The notes beneath the pieces were generated by a model, which saw nothing but the letters and a program-made list of their open reading frames with translations, was not told where the DNA came from and did no database searches. 64,000 bases of DNA from contig OZ245002.1 in the NCBI GenBank assembly GCA_965223415.1, positions 1,440,001-1,504,000 on the forward strand, given 5' to 3'. This DNA is from Myxococcota bacterium. GTDB lineage: Bacteria; Myxococcota_A; UBA9160; UBA6930. Of this stretch, positions 1 through 8,241 are shown in pieces. Made by a program: the position numbers and the translations under genes. The stretch's first letter is position 1. The number at the start of each line of letters is the position of its first letter.

Positions 1-589
1 CGACGCCTACCTGGCCGAGCGCATCCGCCAGAGCGCGGGCGAGAAGGTGGTGGCGGTGGTGGGAGCGGGGCACGTCCAGGGCATGGTCGCGGCCCTGCGC
101 TCCGAGACCCGTACGGATCTCGCGCAGCTCGAGGACGTGCCGCCCGCCTCCCAGGCCTGGAAGTGGGTGGGCTGGGGCATCCCGGCGGTGATCCTGAGCT
201 CGATCCTCTTCATCGGCCTGCGCCAGGGCGCGGCGGCCGCCGGCGAGAACCTGCTCTTCTGGGTGCTCGCCAACGGCATCCCCGCCGCCGCCGGCGCCAT
301 CGTCGCCTTGGGCCATCCGGCGACCATCGTCTCGGCCTTCTGCGCCGCGCCGGTCACGAGCCTCACCCCGGTGATCGGCGCGGGCTACGTCACGGCCTTC
401 GTCCAGTCGTACTACAGGCCGCCCCTCGTCAAGGAGCTCTCCGGCGTCTGGGAAGATCTGGCCAGCGCCGGCGGCTGGTGGCGAAACCGCCTGCTGCGCA
501 TCTTCCTCGTCTTCATCCTCACCACCCTCGGCAGCATCATCGGCACCTGGGTCGGAGGCGCCGAAATCGTCTCCAACCTGTTCCAGTAG
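1..589 (+). CDS. TraB/PrgY-family protein, C-terminal part (5'-truncated by window edge)
   Basis: Reads DAYLAERI...VVAVVGAGHVQG, followed by hydrophobic helices and the GHPATIVSAFCAAPVTSLTPVIGAG motif typical of TraB family membrane C-termini. Confidence 0.8.
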   Translation, partial: DAYLAERIRQSAGEKVVAVVGAGHVQGMVAALRSETRTDLAQLEDVPPASQAWKWVGWGIPAVILSSILFIGLRQGAAAAGENLLFWVLANGIPAAAGAIVALGHPATIVSAFCAAPVTSLTPVIGAGYVTAFVQSYYRPPLVKELSGVWEDLASAGGWWRNRLLRIFLVFILTTLGSIIGTWVGGAEIVSNLFQ

Positions 590-672
590 CGGCCCCTGGG
601 GGAGAAGACCCGTGAACCTCCGACCGGGGTCGCGCGTAGTAGGAGCGCGACCCGAAGGAGGAACGAGCCGAG

Positions 673-927
673 ATGCCGATCAAGAAGCCCGGATTGCAGC
701 GCTCCCGGGAGCAGCGCCTCATCGCCGGCGTGTGCGGAGGCTTGGCCGAATGGCTGGGCTGGAACGCGACCCTGGTCCGCGTGCTGTTCTTCCTCGTCTC
801 CGTCGGCTCGGCCGCGTTCCCCGGCATCCTGGTCTACGTCGTGATGTGGATCCTGATGCCCGAGCGGGAGGACGAGCCCTGGGAGGAGCTCTCCCGCGCC
901 CGCGCGCGCAGCGAGATCCCGCTCTAG
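673..927 (+). CDS. PspC domain-containing membrane protein
   Basis: LQRSREQRLIAGVCGGLAEWLGW...LVRVLF...YVVMWILMP is the PspC signature; GAAGGAGG SD upstream. Confidence 0.9.
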   Translation: MPIKKPGLQRSREQRLIAGVCGGLAEWLGWNATLVRVLFFLVSVGSAAFPGILVYVVMWILMPEREDEPWEELSRARARSEIPL

Positions 928-1211
928 ACGCCGTCCACGATGAACGCCCGGGCGCGCGCAGCCCGCTCGCGAAGGGCCCTGGCCTCTGCGTAGGCCTCGC
1001 CGTCGTACCATGCGCGCGCCGCCTGCATGCTCGAGAACTCGACCACCACCGTGCGGCCCCTCGGCGGCTCGCCTTCGAGCACGTCCACCTCGCCTCCGCG
1101 CACGAGGAAGCGCCCGCCGGCCGCGGCCACCGCCGCACCGGAGCGGGCCTTGTAGCGCTCGTACGGCTCCGGGTCGTCGACCTCGGCCTGGTAGATCACG
1201 TAGGCCGCCAT
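924..1211 (-). CDS. DUF1330 domain protein
   Basis: MAAYVI...YERY...GGRFLVRGG...VLEG...VVVEFSSMQAARAWY..AY pattern. Confidence 0.85.
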   Translation of the reverse strand: MAAYVIYQAEVDDPEPYERYKARSGAAVAAAGGRFLVRGGEVDVLEGEPPRGRTVVVEFSSMQAARAWYDGEAYAEARALRERAARARAFIVDGV

Positions 1212-1215
1212 GCCG

Positions 1216-3201
1216 CTACCAGTGGGTTCCGGGAAGGAGGTGGGCGAAGGCCACCGCCTCCGTCGACGGCTCCTCCTCGCCGGGCAGGGTCTTCTTGCCC
1301 CGGGCGGCGCCGGACTCGGGCAGCAGCTTCCACGCCATGCTGGCGATGGTGTCGCTGTACCGGGGCGCGACCGCCGCGACCACCTGGGCGAAGGTGCCGG
1401 CCTTGGTCGCGACCTTTTTCGGGCGGTCGACGATCGCGTCGCAGATGAGCTGCCCCGCCTCCTCCGCGCTGATCGTCGGGAAACGCTGGTAGATCTTGGT
1501 CGGCGCGATCATCTCCGTGCGGACGAGGGGCATGGCGACGGACGTGAAGGCGATGTTCTCGTCGAGGAACTCCGGCGCCGCGCAGCGGCAGAAGGCGTCG
1601 AGCGCCGCCTTCGACGCCACGTAGGCCCCGAAGCGCGGCGGATGGGTTTGCACGCCCATGCTCGAGATGTTGATCACGTGCCCGCCCCGCTGGGCCTGCA
1701 TGCCGGGCAGAAAGCCCATGATCAGCTTCACCGCACCGAAGTAGTTGAGCTGCATGGTGCGCTCGAAGTCGTGGAAGCGATCGTAGGTGAGCTGGACGGA
1801 GCGGCGGATCGAGCGCCCTGCGTTGTTCACGAGGACGTCGATGCCCCCGTGCTGGGCCTTCACCTCCTCGACCAGCGCCTCGCAGCTGGCCAGGTCCGAG
1901 AGGTCGGCGGTGTGGGCATAGGCGGTGCCCCCCGCCTTCTCGACCTCGTTCTTCACCTCCGTGAGCTTCTCGGCGCTGCGTGCGACCAGCAGCACGGTTC
2001 CGCCGGCGGCTCCGATCTGGATCGCCGCCGCCTTCCCGATGCCCGCCGAGGCGCCGGTGATCAGCACGCGCTTGCCGCGAACCGCCGCCTCGAGTGAGCG
2101 CTCCCGGAAGAGATCCGGATCGAGGTTGCGCTCCCAGTAGTCCCACACCTTGTCGGCGTAGCTGTCGAGGGACGGCACCTCGATGCCCGAGCCTTCCAGG
2201 GCCGCCGTGGCCTCGCGGCAATCGAGGCGCGGCAGGTTCATCACCCCGAGGACGCGACTCGGGATGCCGATGTCCTCGAGGGTCTGCTCCATCAGGCGAC
2301 GGATCGGCGGCAGCTCCGCCACGGCGTTCCGGAGGCTCTTCGGAATCGCACCGGCGACATTCTTCCCCTCGATGCGAAGGGCGAACTCCGGCGCATGGGC
2401 GGCCTTCGCGAAGGCATTCAGCATGTCGCCCTGGCTGGTCGGCTCCGGGTCGACGAGGTGGAAGACCTTGCCGTCGAGCCCGTCCTCGTGGCCGATGTGG
2501 TCGACGGCTCGTGCCACGAAGTCGACGGGCACCACGTGAGAGGGCCCGCCCTCGATGCCGATCATCGGCATCCACGGAGGCAGTGCGCCGCGCAGCTTCT
2601 GGATCAGCTTGAAGACGTAGTAGGGCCCGTCGATCTTGTCGATCTCGCCGGTCTCGGAATGACCGACCACCATGCCCGGCCGGTAGACCCGCCAGGGCCG
2701 CGTGCAGCCCTGCTGCACCATGCGCTCGGATTCGTGCTTGGTGCGGAAGTAGGGATCGTCGAGGCCCTCTGCCTCTTCGAGCATGTCCTCGCGGAAGATG
2801 CCCGGGTAGAGGCCGGCGACCGCGATCGAGCTCACGTGGTGGAAGACGCGCGCCTGCATGGCCTCCGCCAGGTCGAGCGCGTTGCGCGTGCCCTCCAGGT
2901 TGGCCCGGCGCAGCTCGGCCTCGTCGGCCGCCATGTCGTAGAGGGCGGCCACGTGGAAGAAATCCGCTCCGCGAAGCTCGGCCAGGGCCTCGTCGCCCAC
3001 GCCGAGCCGGGGCGCGAGCAGATCGCCTTCGACGGGCACCACGCGCTCCTTCGCCGCGGAGCCCCAGCGCTGCAGCAAGCCCTCGAGCTTCTCCTGCGAG
3101 CCCGCACGCACGAGCACGTGGATCCTCCCCTCGCGGCGTAGGAGCAGCTCGACCAGGTGGCGACCGATGAAGCCGGTGGATCCGGTCACGAAGTAGGGCA
3201 T
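1216..3201 (-). CDS. Two-domain SDR oxidoreductase (probable fatty acyl-CoA reductase, fatty alcohol-forming type)
   Basis: N-terminal extended SDR (TGSTGFIG, YFRTK) fused to a classical SDR (TGASAGIG, NNAG, YVASK); ATG at 3201 chosen from MPYFVTG. Confidence 0.8.
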   Translation of the reverse strand: MPYFVTGSTGFIGRHLVELLLRREGRIHVLVRAGSQEKLEGLLQRWGSAAKERVVPVEGDLLAPRLGVGDEALAELRGADFFHVAALYDMAADEAELRRANLEGTRNALDLAEAMQARVFHHVSSIAVAGLYPGIFREDMLEEAEGLDDPYFRTKHESERMVQQGCTRPWRVYRPGMVVGHSETGEIDKIDGPYYVFKLIQKLRGALPPWMPMIGIEGGPSHVVPVDFVARAVDHIGHEDGLDGKVFHLVDPEPTSQGDMLNAFAKAAHAPEFALRIEGKNVAGAIPKSLRNAVAELPPIRRLMEQTLEDIGIPSRVLGVMNLPRLDCREATAALEGSGIEVPSLDSYADKVWDYWERNLDPDLFRERSLEAAVRGKRVLITGASAGIGKAAAIQIGAAGGTVLLVARSAEKLTEVKNEVEKAGGTAYAHTADLSDLASCEALVEEVKAQHGGIDVLVNNAGRSIRRSVQLTYDRFHDFERTMQLNYFGAVKLIMGFLPGMQAQRGGHVINISSMGVQTHPPRFGAYVASKAALDAFCRCAAPEFLDENIAFTSVAMPLVRTEMIAPTKIYQRFPTISAEEAGQLICDAIVDRPKKVATKAGTFAQVVAAVAPRYSDTIASMAWKLLPESGAARGKKTLPGEEEPSTEAVAFAHLLPGTHW

Positions 3202-3286
3202 GGGGGGTCCTTTCGGATCGGAGGGAGGAACGGTCCCCAGCTTGCGCCGATAGGGCAGGGGAATGCAAGCGCCGGCGTCCCCCCGC

Positions 3287-4498
3287 TCAGGACTCCCGGC
3301 GGAAGCGCCACGCCAGCGCCACGTAGGCGAGCACACCCGGCAGGCAGGCCGCGATCATGGCGGCGCGCACGTCCAGCAGCTGGAAGAGCGGCCCGACGAG
3401 CACGTAGCCCAGGGCGAGTCCCCCGCTCGAGAGGGTGGTGCGCAGGGCGAACACCTTGCCGATCTGGTCCGCCGGGAAATCGCGTTGGACCATCATCAGG
3501 ATGGGCACATCGGTGATCGGGCCGCCGATGGCCGGGAGCATCATCAGCAGCAGCGCGGCTTCGAAGGAGGGCGCGAGGGCGACCGCCACGAAGCCCGTGG
3601 TGAAGATCAGACCGCCGACGCCCATCACCAACGCGCGCCGGGCGATCGGACGATAGGCGAGCACCAGGTTCGAGAGCACGTTCGAGACGCCGTAGGCGCT
3701 GAACAGGTAGCCGTAGGCATCGGCCTCCCGTTCGAAGGCGCGGTCGACGAGGAGGGCGAGGCCGATGATGGCCCCCGTCCACGCCAGGTTCGACAGCAGC
3801 AGGGCCGGGAGGCCCCAGCGCAGGCCGTCGTGGGCCCAGGTGAGGCGCGCAGCGCCGACGATGTCCGACCACACGCCGCGAAGGTCGCGCAGGCCGCGAA
3901 CCGGGTCGGGCATCGGTGCGTCGTGGCTTCGCGCTGCGAGGCCGCGCCCGATCGCGAGGATCGCCGCCGCCGAAGCTGCGAACGTCAGCACGTTCAGGCT
4001 GAAGAACTGGGCGATCGGTATCAGCCCGAGCAGCAGGCCGGTGAGGCCCGGCCCGACGACCATCGACAGCCGCCGCGTCATGTTCAGCAGCGCGTTCGCA
4101 CGCTGGAGACGCTCCGCATCGGGGGCGAGCACCGGCAGGCCGGTCTGGAGCGCCGGCTGGAAGAGCGAGTCGAGGGCACCGAGCACCGCGGCCACCGCCG
4201 CCAGGTGCCAGAGCGAGATGTCACCCAGCCAGGCCGCCACGGGCAGGGTCGCCACCGCGGCGGCGCGGATCAGATCGCTCGCGACGAGCGTGCGCCGACG
4301 GTTCCAGCGATCCGCGAGCACCCCGGCGACGAGGCCGAAGCCGAGTCGGAAGGCAGCGCCGACGGAGACGACCCACGCGGCGTAGCCCCCGACCTCCTGG
4401 GTCGCGATCCAGACCACGGCCACCTGGTGGAGCTGGTCTCCGACGGCAGAGAGCAGCTGCCCCCACCAGAGGAGGGGGAGCCAACGGCGCGAGGTCAT
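3287..4498 (-). CDS. MFS transporter (DHA3/macrolide-efflux-like)
   Basis: About 12 hydrophobic segments; motif A GVLADRWNRRR; GQLLSAVGD N-terminus. Confidence 0.85.
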   Translation of the reverse strand: MTSRRWLPLLWWGQLLSAVGDQLHQVAVVWIATQEVGGYAAWVVSVGAAFRLGFGLVAGVLADRWNRRRTLVASDLIRAAAVATLPVAAWLGDISLWHLAAVAAVLGALDSLFQPALQTGLPVLAPDAERLQRANALLNMTRRLSMVVGPGLTGLLLGLIPIAQFFSLNVLTFAASAAAILAIGRGLAARSHDAPMPDPVRGLRDLRGVWSDIVGAARLTWAHDGLRWGLPALLLSNLAWTGAIIGLALLVDRAFEREADAYGYLFSAYGVSNVLSNLVLAYRPIARRALVMGVGGLIFTTGFVAVALAPSFEAALLLMMLPAIGGPITDVPILMMVQRDFPADQIGKVFALRTTLSSGGLALGYVLVGPLFQLLDVRAAMIAACLPGVLAYVALAWRFRRES

Positions 4499-4510
4499 CG
4501 CCTCTCCGGC

Positions 4511-5347
4511 TCAGTCCTCGTAGTAGGGCGCGTCGCCCAGCAGCGTGACCCGGTGCATCAGCCGGTGGGCACCGCCGGTATCGGCGACCACCGCGTGCTG
4601 CGTGCAGCGGTTGTCCCAGATCGCGACGGTGCCCCGCTCCCAGCGCAGCCGACAGGTGTACTCGGGCTGGGAGAGATGGCCGTAGAGGAAGCGCAGCAGC
4701 GCCGTGCTCTCCTTCGGCTTCATGCCCACGATGAACTTGGTGAAGGCGGAGTTGACGAAGATCGCCTTGCGGCCGGTCTCGGGGTGCGTGCGGATCACCG
4801 GATGCACGGCGCTCTGCCGGCTCGCCAGATCGCGCCGCTGCTCCTCGTTCTCGGCGATGCGCGTGAAACCGCCGCCGTCGTGGTGGGCCTCGAGGCCTCC
4901 GAGCAGGCGCTGCATCGTGTCCGAGAGGCCCTCGTAGGCGGCGTACATGCTCGCCCACTGGGTGTCACCGCCGTGCTCCGGCACGACCACGCCCCGCAGG
5001 ATCGAGCCCATCGGCGGGCACTTCTCGAAGGTGACGTCGCTGTGCCAGGCGCTCGCCAGGAACTGCCGGCTCTCGTCCGCCTCGAGCACGACGACTTCCG
5101 GGTGCCCCTCGTCCCGCAGCTGCTGGAGCACCGGGTGGATGTGTAGATCTCCGAAGTGGCGGGCGAAGGCCTTGTGCTGCTCGACGGTCACGTCCTGATC
5201 GCGCAAGAAGAGCACCTGGTGCTCGAGCCAGGCGTGGCGCAGCTCCTTCTCGCGGGCGGGGTCGAGGGGCGCGGCCAGGTCGACGCCGGAGACCTCGGCG
5301 CCGAGCGCACCGGCCACCGGCTCCACCGTGATGTGCTGGTATTCCAC
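4511..5347 (-). CDS. TauD/TfdA family alpha-ketoglutarate-dependent dioxygenase
   Basis: LGAEVSGVDL, WHSD (HxD), GGDT, HPVIRTHPETGRK, WDNRCTQH, HRVT; GTG start at 5347 behind GAAGGAG. Confidence 0.9.
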   Translation of the reverse strand: MEYQHITVEPVAGALGAEVSGVDLAAPLDPAREKELRHAWLEHQVLFLRDQDVTVEQHKAFARHFGDLHIHPVLQQLRDEGHPEVVVLEADESRQFLASAWHSDVTFEKCPPMGSILRGVVVPEHGGDTQWASMYAAYEGLSDTMQRLLGGLEAHHDGGGFTRIAENEEQRRDLASRQSAVHPVIRTHPETGRKAIFVNSAFTKFIVGMKPKESTALLRFLYGHLSQPEYTCRLRWERGTVAIWDNRCTQHAVVADTGGAHRLMHRVTLLGDAPYYED

Positions 5348-5348
5348 A

Positions 5349-5368
5349 GGCTCTCCTTCCGGAGAGCC
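5349..5368 (-). promoter_or_regulatory. Stem-loop occluding the Shine-Dalgarno of the TauD-family gene
   Basis: Minus strand GGCTCTCC-GGAA-GGAGAGCC-T-GTG: perfect 8-bp stem, GNRA loop, GGAG in the 3' arm. Confidence 0.5.
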
Positions 5369-5433
5369 AGGGTATCTCACGCCTCGGGGGGCGGACCGGG
5401 GGGCCGGCGAGCGCACGAAGAAGGCCCACAGGC

Positions 5434-5458
5434 TGAGTTGTGGATCGAAGAATGGGTC
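5434..5458 (+). repeat. Left terminal inverted repeat of the IS
   Basis: TGAGTTGTGGATCGAAGAATGGGTC. Confidence 0.92.
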
Positions 5459-5487
5459 CGGCATGAAACGTGCGGTGAAGGGCGGTC

Positions 5488-6579
5488 ATGCCGACCGCCG
5501 GCGCTACCTTCGTTCCCCCGCACTGTCCGAACCCCACATGTGATTCCCACACGAATTCGGGCCCTTGGCGGTTCAAGAAGAAGGGCTTCTTCTCCCGCCC
5601 CCGCCGCGGCGACCGCGTCCAGCGGTACCTCTGTCAACACTGCCGCCGCTCGTTCAGTGAACCGACGTTCTCCCCCACCTACTGGCTCCGCGCCCCCGAC
5701 CTCCTGGAGACGCTGTTTTTCCGCATGCGCGGCTGCAGTGGCCTGCGCCAGATCGCCCAGGAGCTGGGCGTCTCCCACGCGACCCTCCAGCGCCAGGTCG
5801 AGCGCCTGGGGCGCCACTGCCTGCTCTTCCACGAGCGCCTCCGGCCCCGGGTGCCGGCCGAGCCCCTGGCCCTCGACGGCTTCCGCAGCGTCGAGTCCGG
5901 CCAGTACTGGCCCTTCGACCTGAACCTGGTGGTGGGCGCGTCCCACTACGTCTACGGCTTCAACGAGGCCGAGCTGCGGAGGAGCGGGACGATGACGAAG
6001 GCCCAGCGGGCGAAGCGCGAGCGGTTGGAGCAGGCCCACGGGCGTCCGGACCCCGGGGCCACGGGCAAGGCCGTCCAGGAGCTCGTGGGCCGGATCGTGC
6101 CGGAGGGCGCGGAGGTCGTCGTGCGCTCGGACGAGCATCCGAGCTACCCCGGGGCCCTTCGCCGGCTCCCGGGGCGGAGGATCGTCCACGAGACGACGTC
6201 GTCGCGCAAGGCGAGGACGGCGAAGAACCCGCTCTTCCCGATCAACCTGGCGGACCTGCTCTTGCGCCACGGCAGCGCGAACCACAAGCGGGAGACGATC
6301 GCGTTCTCGAAGCGGAGGCAGGGGGCGCTGTACCGGGCGGCGATCTGGGTGGTGTGGCGGAACTACGTGAAGTGGAGCGCCGAGGGCAAGCGCAGCGATC
6401 CCCCGGCGGTGCAGCTCGGGATCGTCCCGACACGGCTCTCGGTGAACGAGATCCTCTCGCGTCGCCTCTTCCCGTGGCGCCAGGAGCTCGCGCCCTGGCT
6501 CACCGCCTGCTACCGCGGCCGAATCCGCACGCGATGCCTCGCGAGGCAGAGGACGCACCGACTTCGCTACGCGGACTGA
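5488..6579 (+). CDS. Transposase, IS1-like (zinc ribbon + HTH + RNase H-like catalytic domain)
   Basis: CPNPTC...QRYLCQHCRRSFS zinc ribbon; GLRQIAQELGVSHATLQRQVERL HTH; acidic motifs LALDGF and VRSDEHPSY; PINLADLLLRH...KRETIAFSK resembles the IS1 third-acid/RxT..FSK region. Confidence 0.8.
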   Translation: MPTAGATFVPPHCPNPTCDSHTNSGPWRFKKKGFFSRPRRGDRVQRYLCQHCRRSFSEPTFSPTYWLRAPDLLETLFFRMRGCSGLRQIAQELGVSHATLQRQVERLGRHCLLFHERLRPRVPAEPLALDGFRSVESGQYWPFDLNLVVGASHYVYGFNEAELRRSGTMTKAQRAKRERLEQAHGRPDPGATGKAVQELVGRIVPEGAEVVVRSDEHPSYPGALRRLPGRRIVHETTSSRKARTAKNPLFPINLADLLLRHGSANHKRETIAFSKRRQGALYRAAIWVVWRNYVKWSAEGKRSDPPAVQLGIVPTRLSVNEILSRRLFPWRQELAPWLTACYRGRIRTRCLARQRTHRLRYAD

Positions 6580-6623
6580 GCGACCGATCCCCGTGAACGA
6601 GGGGGCACCTCCCCCCCCCCCCA

Positions 6624-6648
6624 GACCCAATCTTCGATCCACAACTCA
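6624..6648 (-). repeat. Right terminal inverted repeat of the IS
   Basis: GACCCAATCTTCGATCCACAACTCA, reverse complement of the left end with 1 mismatch. Confidence 0.92.
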
Positions 6649-6861
6649 CAGGCTGGGCCGAGAGAGTCGATCCGGGCGAAGGGGGCGGGAAAGCCGATGC
6701 GATCGAAGCCGGCAGAAGAACCGTGACCGAGCCATCTGGGCGCGGCCATGGCCCTTCATCAGACCTCGGGGGGCGCTCAAGAACCCGGCCCCCTGTGACC
6801 GGAATCGCCACACCGGCCGCCGAAGATCGGGCCTGTATCCTGACGTGGGGGAGGTGAGAGG

Positions 6862-8181
6862 ATGGAACCCGGCGAATCCGGCGGCTTGAAAACGGGCCCG
6901 CTCGAGGCGCTCGAGGCGTTTTGGGGGCGCCTCGCGGCCGGCGGCCTGGAGGAGGCGGGCCTCGTGCTGGTGGCGGGGCTCCTGGTCGCCTGCGTGGTCC
7001 TGCTCGGCCTGGTGCTGCGGCGCCTGCGCCACGATCCGGCGAAGGCCCTCGGTCCGCGCTTCGAGCAGGTGAATGCCGTGCAGGAGCGCAGCGAGCGCGG
7101 TCTCCGCGAGGAGCTGGCCCGTAACCGCGAGGAGCTCTCCCACGGCACGCGGCACCTCCGCGAAGAGGTGGGCGGCACCATCCGCGCCGTCGGCGAGACG
7201 GTGGAGAAGCGTCTCGAGGACGTGCGCAGCGTCATCGACCGGCGGCTCCAGCACATCCAGGCCGAGAACGAGAAGAAGCTCGACGCCATCCGCGTGACCG
7301 TCGACGAGAAGCTCCAGGGCACCCTGGAGAAGCGGCTGGGCGAGTCCTTCCGGCAGGTGAGCGAGCGCCTGGAGGCGGTGCACAAGGGCCTGGGCGAGAT
7401 GCAGACCCTGGCCACCGGCGTCGGCGATCTCAAGAAGGTGCTCACCAACGTGAAGACCCGCGGCACCTGGGGCGAGGTGCAGCTCGAAGCCCTGCTCGAG
7501 CAGATGCTCGCGCCCGGCCAGTGGGAGAAGCAGGTCCAGGTGAAGCGCGGCAGCGCCGAGCGCGTCGACTTCGGCGTGCGGCTGCCCGGCCCCGAGGGCG
7601 ACGACGGCGCGCCGGTCTGGCTGCCCGTGGACGCGAAGTTCCCCCAGGAGGACTACCAGCGCCTGATCGAGGCCCACGAGCGCGGGGACGTGGGGGCGGA
7701 AGACGAGGCGGCCAAGGCCCTCGAGGCGCGGGTGCGCAGCGAGGCTCGCTCCATCCGCGACAAGTACATCAGCCCCCCGACCACGACGGACTTCGCCCTC
7801 CTCTTCCTGCCGACGGAGGGCCTCTACGCGGAGGTGCTGCGCCGTCCCGGGCTCGTGGAGGGCCTCCAAACCGAGATGAAGGTGAACGTGGCCGGGCCGA
7901 CCACCCTGGCGGCGTTCCTGAACAGCCTGCAGCTCGGCTTCCGCACCCTCGCCATCCAGAAGCGCAGCGCCGAAGTATGGAAGCTGCTCGGCGCGGTGAA
8001 GGGCCAGTACGGCAAGTTCGGGGAGCTGCTGGCGAAGGTGGAGAAGAAGCTGGAGGAGGCGTCGAACACGATCGGCCAGGCTTCCCAGCGCACCGAGCAG
8101 ATCCAGAAGCGCCTCGGAAAGGTCCAGGAGCTGCCCGAGGGCGAGGCGCGGCTGCTCCTGCCGGACGAGGCGGAAGAGTGA
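6862..8181 (+). CDS. rmuC: DNA recombination protein RmuC
   Basis: N-terminal TM plus coiled coil; NVKTRGTWGEVQLE, LPVDAKFP, TTDFALLFLPTEGLYAE, AGPTTL motifs. Confidence 0.95.
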   Translation: MEPGESGGLKTGPLEALEAFWGRLAAGGLEEAGLVLVAGLLVACVVLLGLVLRRLRHDPAKALGPRFEQVNAVQERSERGLREELARNREELSHGTRHLREEVGGTIRAVGETVEKRLEDVRSVIDRRLQHIQAENEKKLDAIRVTVDEKLQGTLEKRLGESFRQVSERLEAVHKGLGEMQTLATGVGDLKKVLTNVKTRGTWGEVQLEALLEQMLAPGQWEKQVQVKRGSAERVDFGVRLPGPEGDDGAPVWLPVDAKFPQEDYQRLIEAHERGDVGAEDEAAKALEARVRSEARSIRDKYISPPTTTDFALLFLPTEGLYAEVLRRPGLVEGLQTEMKVNVAGPTTLAAFLNSLQLGFRTLAIQKRSAEVWKLLGAVKGQYGKFGELLAKVEKKLEEASNTIGQASQRTEQIQKRLGKVQELPEGEARLLLPDEAEE

Positions 8182-8241
8182 TCCAGCTTCCATGAAGGGG
8201 GTGGGTATCCGGCCTATGCTCGGGCCGGAGGAAGCTCCCCC

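Larger units (their letters stand above)
5434..6648 (+). mobile_element. Complete insertion sequence, 1215 bp, with IS1-like transposase
   Basis: Left end TGAGTTGTGGATCGAAGAATGGGTC (5434-5458) matches the reverse complement of 6624-6648 at 24/25; flanked by direct repeat CAGGC (5429-5433 and 6649-6653); single transposase ORF inside. Confidence 0.92.

Noticed and set aside
5439..5447. DnaA box inside the IS terminal repeat (TGTGGATCG)
   Set aside because: Only a 7/9 match to TGTGGATAA, too weak to claim.
6740..6775. CTGATGA on the minus strand as a hammerhead ribozyme core
   Set aside because: There is no GAAA after the putative stem II and no closing stems were found.
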